A stretch of DNA of 64,000 nucleotides from Felis catus (Eukaryota), in contig NC_058374.1 in the NCBI RefSeq assembly GCF_018350175.1, forward strand, positions 1,302,001 to 1,366,000, given 5' to 3'. A program made the position numbers and the translations under genes. Of this stretch, positions 60,365 through 64,000 are shown one piece after another; the stretch's first letter is position 1; the number at the start of each line of letters is the position of its first letter. The notes beneath the pieces are model-generated. The model made no database searches. It saw only the letters and a list, made by a program, of their open reading frames with translations, and was not told the DNA's origin.

Positions 60365-60835
60365 GCGTGTTATTTTCCTTTTCTGCTGTAACAAATTATC
60401 ACACTACAAATTTATCACCTTACAGTTCTGAAGGCCGGAAGTCTATGATGGATCTCCCTGGGCTAAAATCAGGAGGGTTCATTAGGAGGCCCTAAGGGAG
60501 GACGTGTCCTTGTCTCTCCCATGTGAGGCAGGCCGCCCACACGAGTGGGTTGGCTTGTGGCCCCTTCCTCCTCCTTCACGGCCAGCAGTGGCGGATGCAG
60601 TCTTTCTGACGTCCCATCCCTCCGACCCTGACGATCCCGCCTCTGCCATCCACCGTCAAGGAGCCTGAGGCTGCGTGGGCCCCACCCAGGTAATCCTGAA
60701 GAGCCTCCCCATTTTAAGGTCAGCTGATTAGCAGCCTTAATCCACCTGCTGCTGAAATCAAGCCTTGCCGCCCACAGTGGCATACCTAGGGTTCCAGGAA
60801 TCTGGCGGTTTGTGGGCATTATGCTGCCTGCTGTG
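60365..60835 (-). mobile_element. MaLR solo LTR (MLT1D/E-like)
   Basis: gctgtaacaaattatcac...ttacagttctgaaggccggaagtc...gggctaaaatca...ttttaaggtcagctgattagcagccttaat. Confidence 0.8.
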
Positions 60836-61089
60836 GGGTGTGCGCTGAAGGGACCTGGGCACACGCGTGTCTGTCAGGCAGTGTGGTGACCGGAGGCCCC
60901 CGCCAGGAGCCACACACATTGACAAGAGCAGGCCCTTCCAGAGTTCTGCTAGGTATAGGGAACAGAAATGACAGATGCTCTGAGGCTGCAGCGAGACCCT
61001 GCTGCCTGGAGGGACAGGATGGAACCTGGGGGGCAGGGAAGAAGCATCCAACGTGAGGTGGTAGGGGCACAGGAGCCCTGGGGGGCTTG

Positions 61090-62050
61090 GATGGAGAATG
61101 GAACCAATCAGAGGTTTTGAACAGCAAGGTGAGGTCACGTACCGTGCACTATAAAGATCACTTTGTCGCTGTGTAGACGAGGCTTGTAGAGGGCTACAGG
61201 GTAAATAAGAAGACCGAACCGGGAGCGCCTCGGGGGCTCGGTCTGTTGAGCGTCTGACTTCGGCTCAGGTCATAATCTTGCAGTCGGTGAGTTCGAGCCC
61301 CGCGTGGGGCTCTGTGCTGACAGCTCAGAGCCTGGAGCCCGCTTTGGATTCTGTCTCCCTCTCTCTCTGCCCCTCCCCTGCTTGTGCTCTCTCTCTCTCT
61401 CTCTCAAAAAAAAAAAAAAAAAAAAAAGATAAAAAGCTCTTACTTGGACGGTTCAGCTTGCTTCATAAATTTTCCTTCTCTCACTTCACAAACCATGGTA
61501 GACTGCTGCATGTTGAAAATAAAAACCAGGGCGTCTGGGTGGCTCAGCCAGTTGAGCATCTGACCTTGGCTCAGGTCCTGATCTCATGCTTCATGAGTTC
61601 AAGCCTCACGCCGGGCTCTGTGCTGACAACTCAGGGCCTGGAGCCTTCTTCGGATTCTGTCTCCCTTGCTCTGTGCCCCTCCCCCACTCACGCTCCATCT
61701 CTCTCTCTCTGATGTCAAAAACATAAACATTAAAAAAAATTAAAAAAAATAAGAGCGAGCCATTAGGAGGGGGTTGCAGTAGCGGGTTAAAGAAAATTGA
61801 TTAGGGTGGTGCCGTGAGATCTGGGGCAATGAGAAGGTTCAGGATGTGTCCTGAAGAGAGAGGCCACTGAACTTGCCGATAAGCTGGCCACAGCTAGTGA
61901 GGAAAGAGAAGAATTGAGGATGAATCTTGGAATTTGGGCCGGAAGAACTGATTGGCTGGTCACAGCACTTATTGAAAGGCAGAGAAGTGGGTGGAAAATG
62001 GACTTCAAGTGGGAGTCAAGAGTGCGCACTGTTTGGGCCAGGTGTGAAGT
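61090..62050 (-). mobile_element. L2 remnant interrupted by two + Can-SINEs (61221-61428, 61529-61750)
   Basis: gaggttttgaacagca...aaagatcactttg and ggttgcagtag...gtggtgccgtgagat...ggatgtgtcctgaag L2 pattern; two SINEC heads. Confidence 0.65.
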
Positions 62051-62149
62051 ATCTAGGGTCAGGTGTGAGGTTGGGGTCAGGTATGAGGTATCTGGCAGGG
62101 TCCCGGGGAGGTGGTGAGGTTCATGAGCTTGGCATTTGTGCAAGTCTGC

Positions 62150-62400
62150 TGGGCTGCCTTAACAGCATGCCTTGGATGGACAGCTTGAACAATGGGAATT
62201 TGTTTTCTCACAGTTCTGGAAGGTGGAAGTCCGTGATAAGGTCCCGGGGTTGGTTTCTGGAGAGGCACCTTCTCTCTGTGTCCTCACACGGTGCTTCCTG
62301 TGTGTGCATGAAGAGAGAGCTCTCTGGCGTCTCCTCCCCTTCCTGTAAGGACACCTGTGCTGTCAGAGTGGGCCCCACCCTCGCTTCCAAGCTCCTTCCC
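62150..62400 (-). mobile_element. MaLR LTR fragment (MLT1A/B-like)
   Basis: tctcacagttctggaaggtggaagtcc...gtcctcacacgg...ttcctgtaaggacacc...gggccccaccctc. Confidence 0.75.
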
Positions 62401-63102
62401 AGGGCACCCAGAGCCCTTCCTCACCTGGCTCCTCTTCCCTCTTCACACTCACCTCTTCCCACTTCCTGCTCTGCTCGCAGCGGACCCTTCCCACTTCTCG
62501 CGTGGTCACGCCATAGCTCAATTTCAGACTTACACAAATGCTGTTCCTTCACCAACAGTGCTTTCTCTACCTGGGGTGCAGAGCGGAGCCAACAAGGGCC
62601 AATCAGTGGGCAGCGTGGAGAGGAAAGGCAGAGGCAGGGTCAGAGCCAAGGTCCTCAGGGAAGGAAGACACCTGCTCAGAGAAGAGCAAGAGCAATGTCA
62701 CGGGACAGGTCAGACAAGGCCGCCAATGCTAAGAATTGGGTCTTGACTGGTGGATGTAGAAAGAAAGGCATTTCATTCATCAGCGGTGACTTAAAGAGGA
62801 GGGGTTGGCATGAGTGACGGGAAGCAGAAACCACACCGGGGATCCTGCTGGACCACTCGGGCTAGACACAGACTCTTTCCAGGAAGTACTGAAAGGTGTC
62901 TGGCAAGAAGGTCCTCCTTCCTCTTGAACCTGCTTCCACAGCATCTCTTATCTATGAAGGGCATTTGGCATAAATGATACTGATGGCTTTTCTCCACATT
63001 CATCTTTCTCACGTATGAAAGAGCACTTGTGCTCCAAACCAGGAAACACGGCACCAAATTACGTACTTTGTTCTCTGATTCTTCCTTATGCCTTCGTTTC
63101 AT

Positions 63103-63135
63103 TTGTTTGTTTGTTTGTTTGTTTGTTTGTTTGTT
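63103..63135. repeat. (GTTT)n microsatellite
   Basis: Direct observation. Confidence 0.9.
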
Positions 63136-63511
63136 GTTTTTTATGCCTTCATTTTAAATCCCCAAACCAGCAGGTGCTCAAACTTCAGTTATTCAACAAG
63201 TACTTTTGGGGCATGCGCAAGGCGTCCAACACCGCCTGGTGAGGCTCGTGGGGAGGGAACGGTCAGCTGTGGTCAGTGTGACTTAACACGGAAGATGGGG
63301 CTGAAAATGGCCTCTGCGTTTGGCAACCAGGAAGTTCTCGATGTGCCTGCTGATTGACTTGTGGCCTGATGGCAGATAAAATAAGTGAGGAGAAAAAGTT
63401 CACGATGGGAAAATTCTTTTTGTGATGTGTTGAAGAATTTGGGGTTATTTAGCCTGATAGGAGAAAACTGATTTAGAAGCTGTTCTATGATATATATATA
63501 TTTATTTGCTT

Positions 63512-63728
63512 TGTAAAAAAATTTCTAAATTTATTTTTGAGAGACAGAAAGAGAACATGCACGCAAGTGGGGGAGGGGCAGAGAGAGAGGGAGACACAGA
63601 ATCAGAAGTAGGCTCCAGGCTCCGAGCTGTCAGCACAGAGCCCGACGCGGGGCTCGAACTCACGAACCGTGAGATCATGACCTGAGCCGAAGTTGGACGC
63701 TTCACCTACTGAGCCACCCAGGTGCCCC
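63512..63728 (-). mobile_element. Can-SINE
   Basis: TSD ttatttgcttt. Confidence 0.92.
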
Positions 63729-64000
63729 TGTTTATTTGCTTTTACGTTCAAAGTATTTTTGTTCTTATTGCAAAACGATAAAATTTGAAAAACAAAACGC
63801 TTGTAGAAGTAATCAATGAAAGTAATCTATAATTGCACTGCCAAGACAGGGACAAGAGGCCTCTAGACATTTTGTCATACGTCCTTCCAGACTTCTAGTT
63901 ACACATAGTTATGATTTTAAGCAGCATCGTGTCACATGTTTATACTGTTTAAAACAATAGCTTTATCGAGATATAATTCATATATCAATACAATTCACCC

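Noticed and set aside
61927-62817. 296-aa plus-strand ORF
   Set aside because: It runs through L2 and MLT1 remnants with a non-ATG start, so it is a chance open frame in decayed repeats.

Overview
Felid (cat-family) genomic DNA, identified by SINEC_Fc-type Can-SINEs. The window holds the 5' half of LARP4B (La-related protein 4B) on the minus strand: a CpG-island promoter with non-coding exon 1 (~38.35-38.62 kb), coding exon 2 (MTSDQDTKVV...SAHL, 13554-13634) and coding exon 3 (MNGPISQ...ALSQ, 12852-12911). Exon 4 onward lies beyond the left edge. About 25 kb of repeat-rich upstream DNA follows, with many SINEs, L1/L2, MaLR and Tigger elements. The standout is a ~3.1 kb open reading frame inside LARP4B intron 3, on the gene's strand. 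It ends in a consensus phase-0 donor, so it can splice in frame to the PAM2w-containing exon 4. Its best start, MGCCFSRELGGDNDGEKAGLL, has the myristoylation + dual palmitoylation + acidic dileucine layout of the lysosomal anchor LAMTOR1. This suggests a ~1,700-aa membrane- or lysosome-tethered LARP4B isoform, which is an inference to be tested. Gene identity and repeat-family names come from my recall of reference sequences, not from a database search. Repeat boundaries are approximate unless a target-site duplication (TSD) is given.
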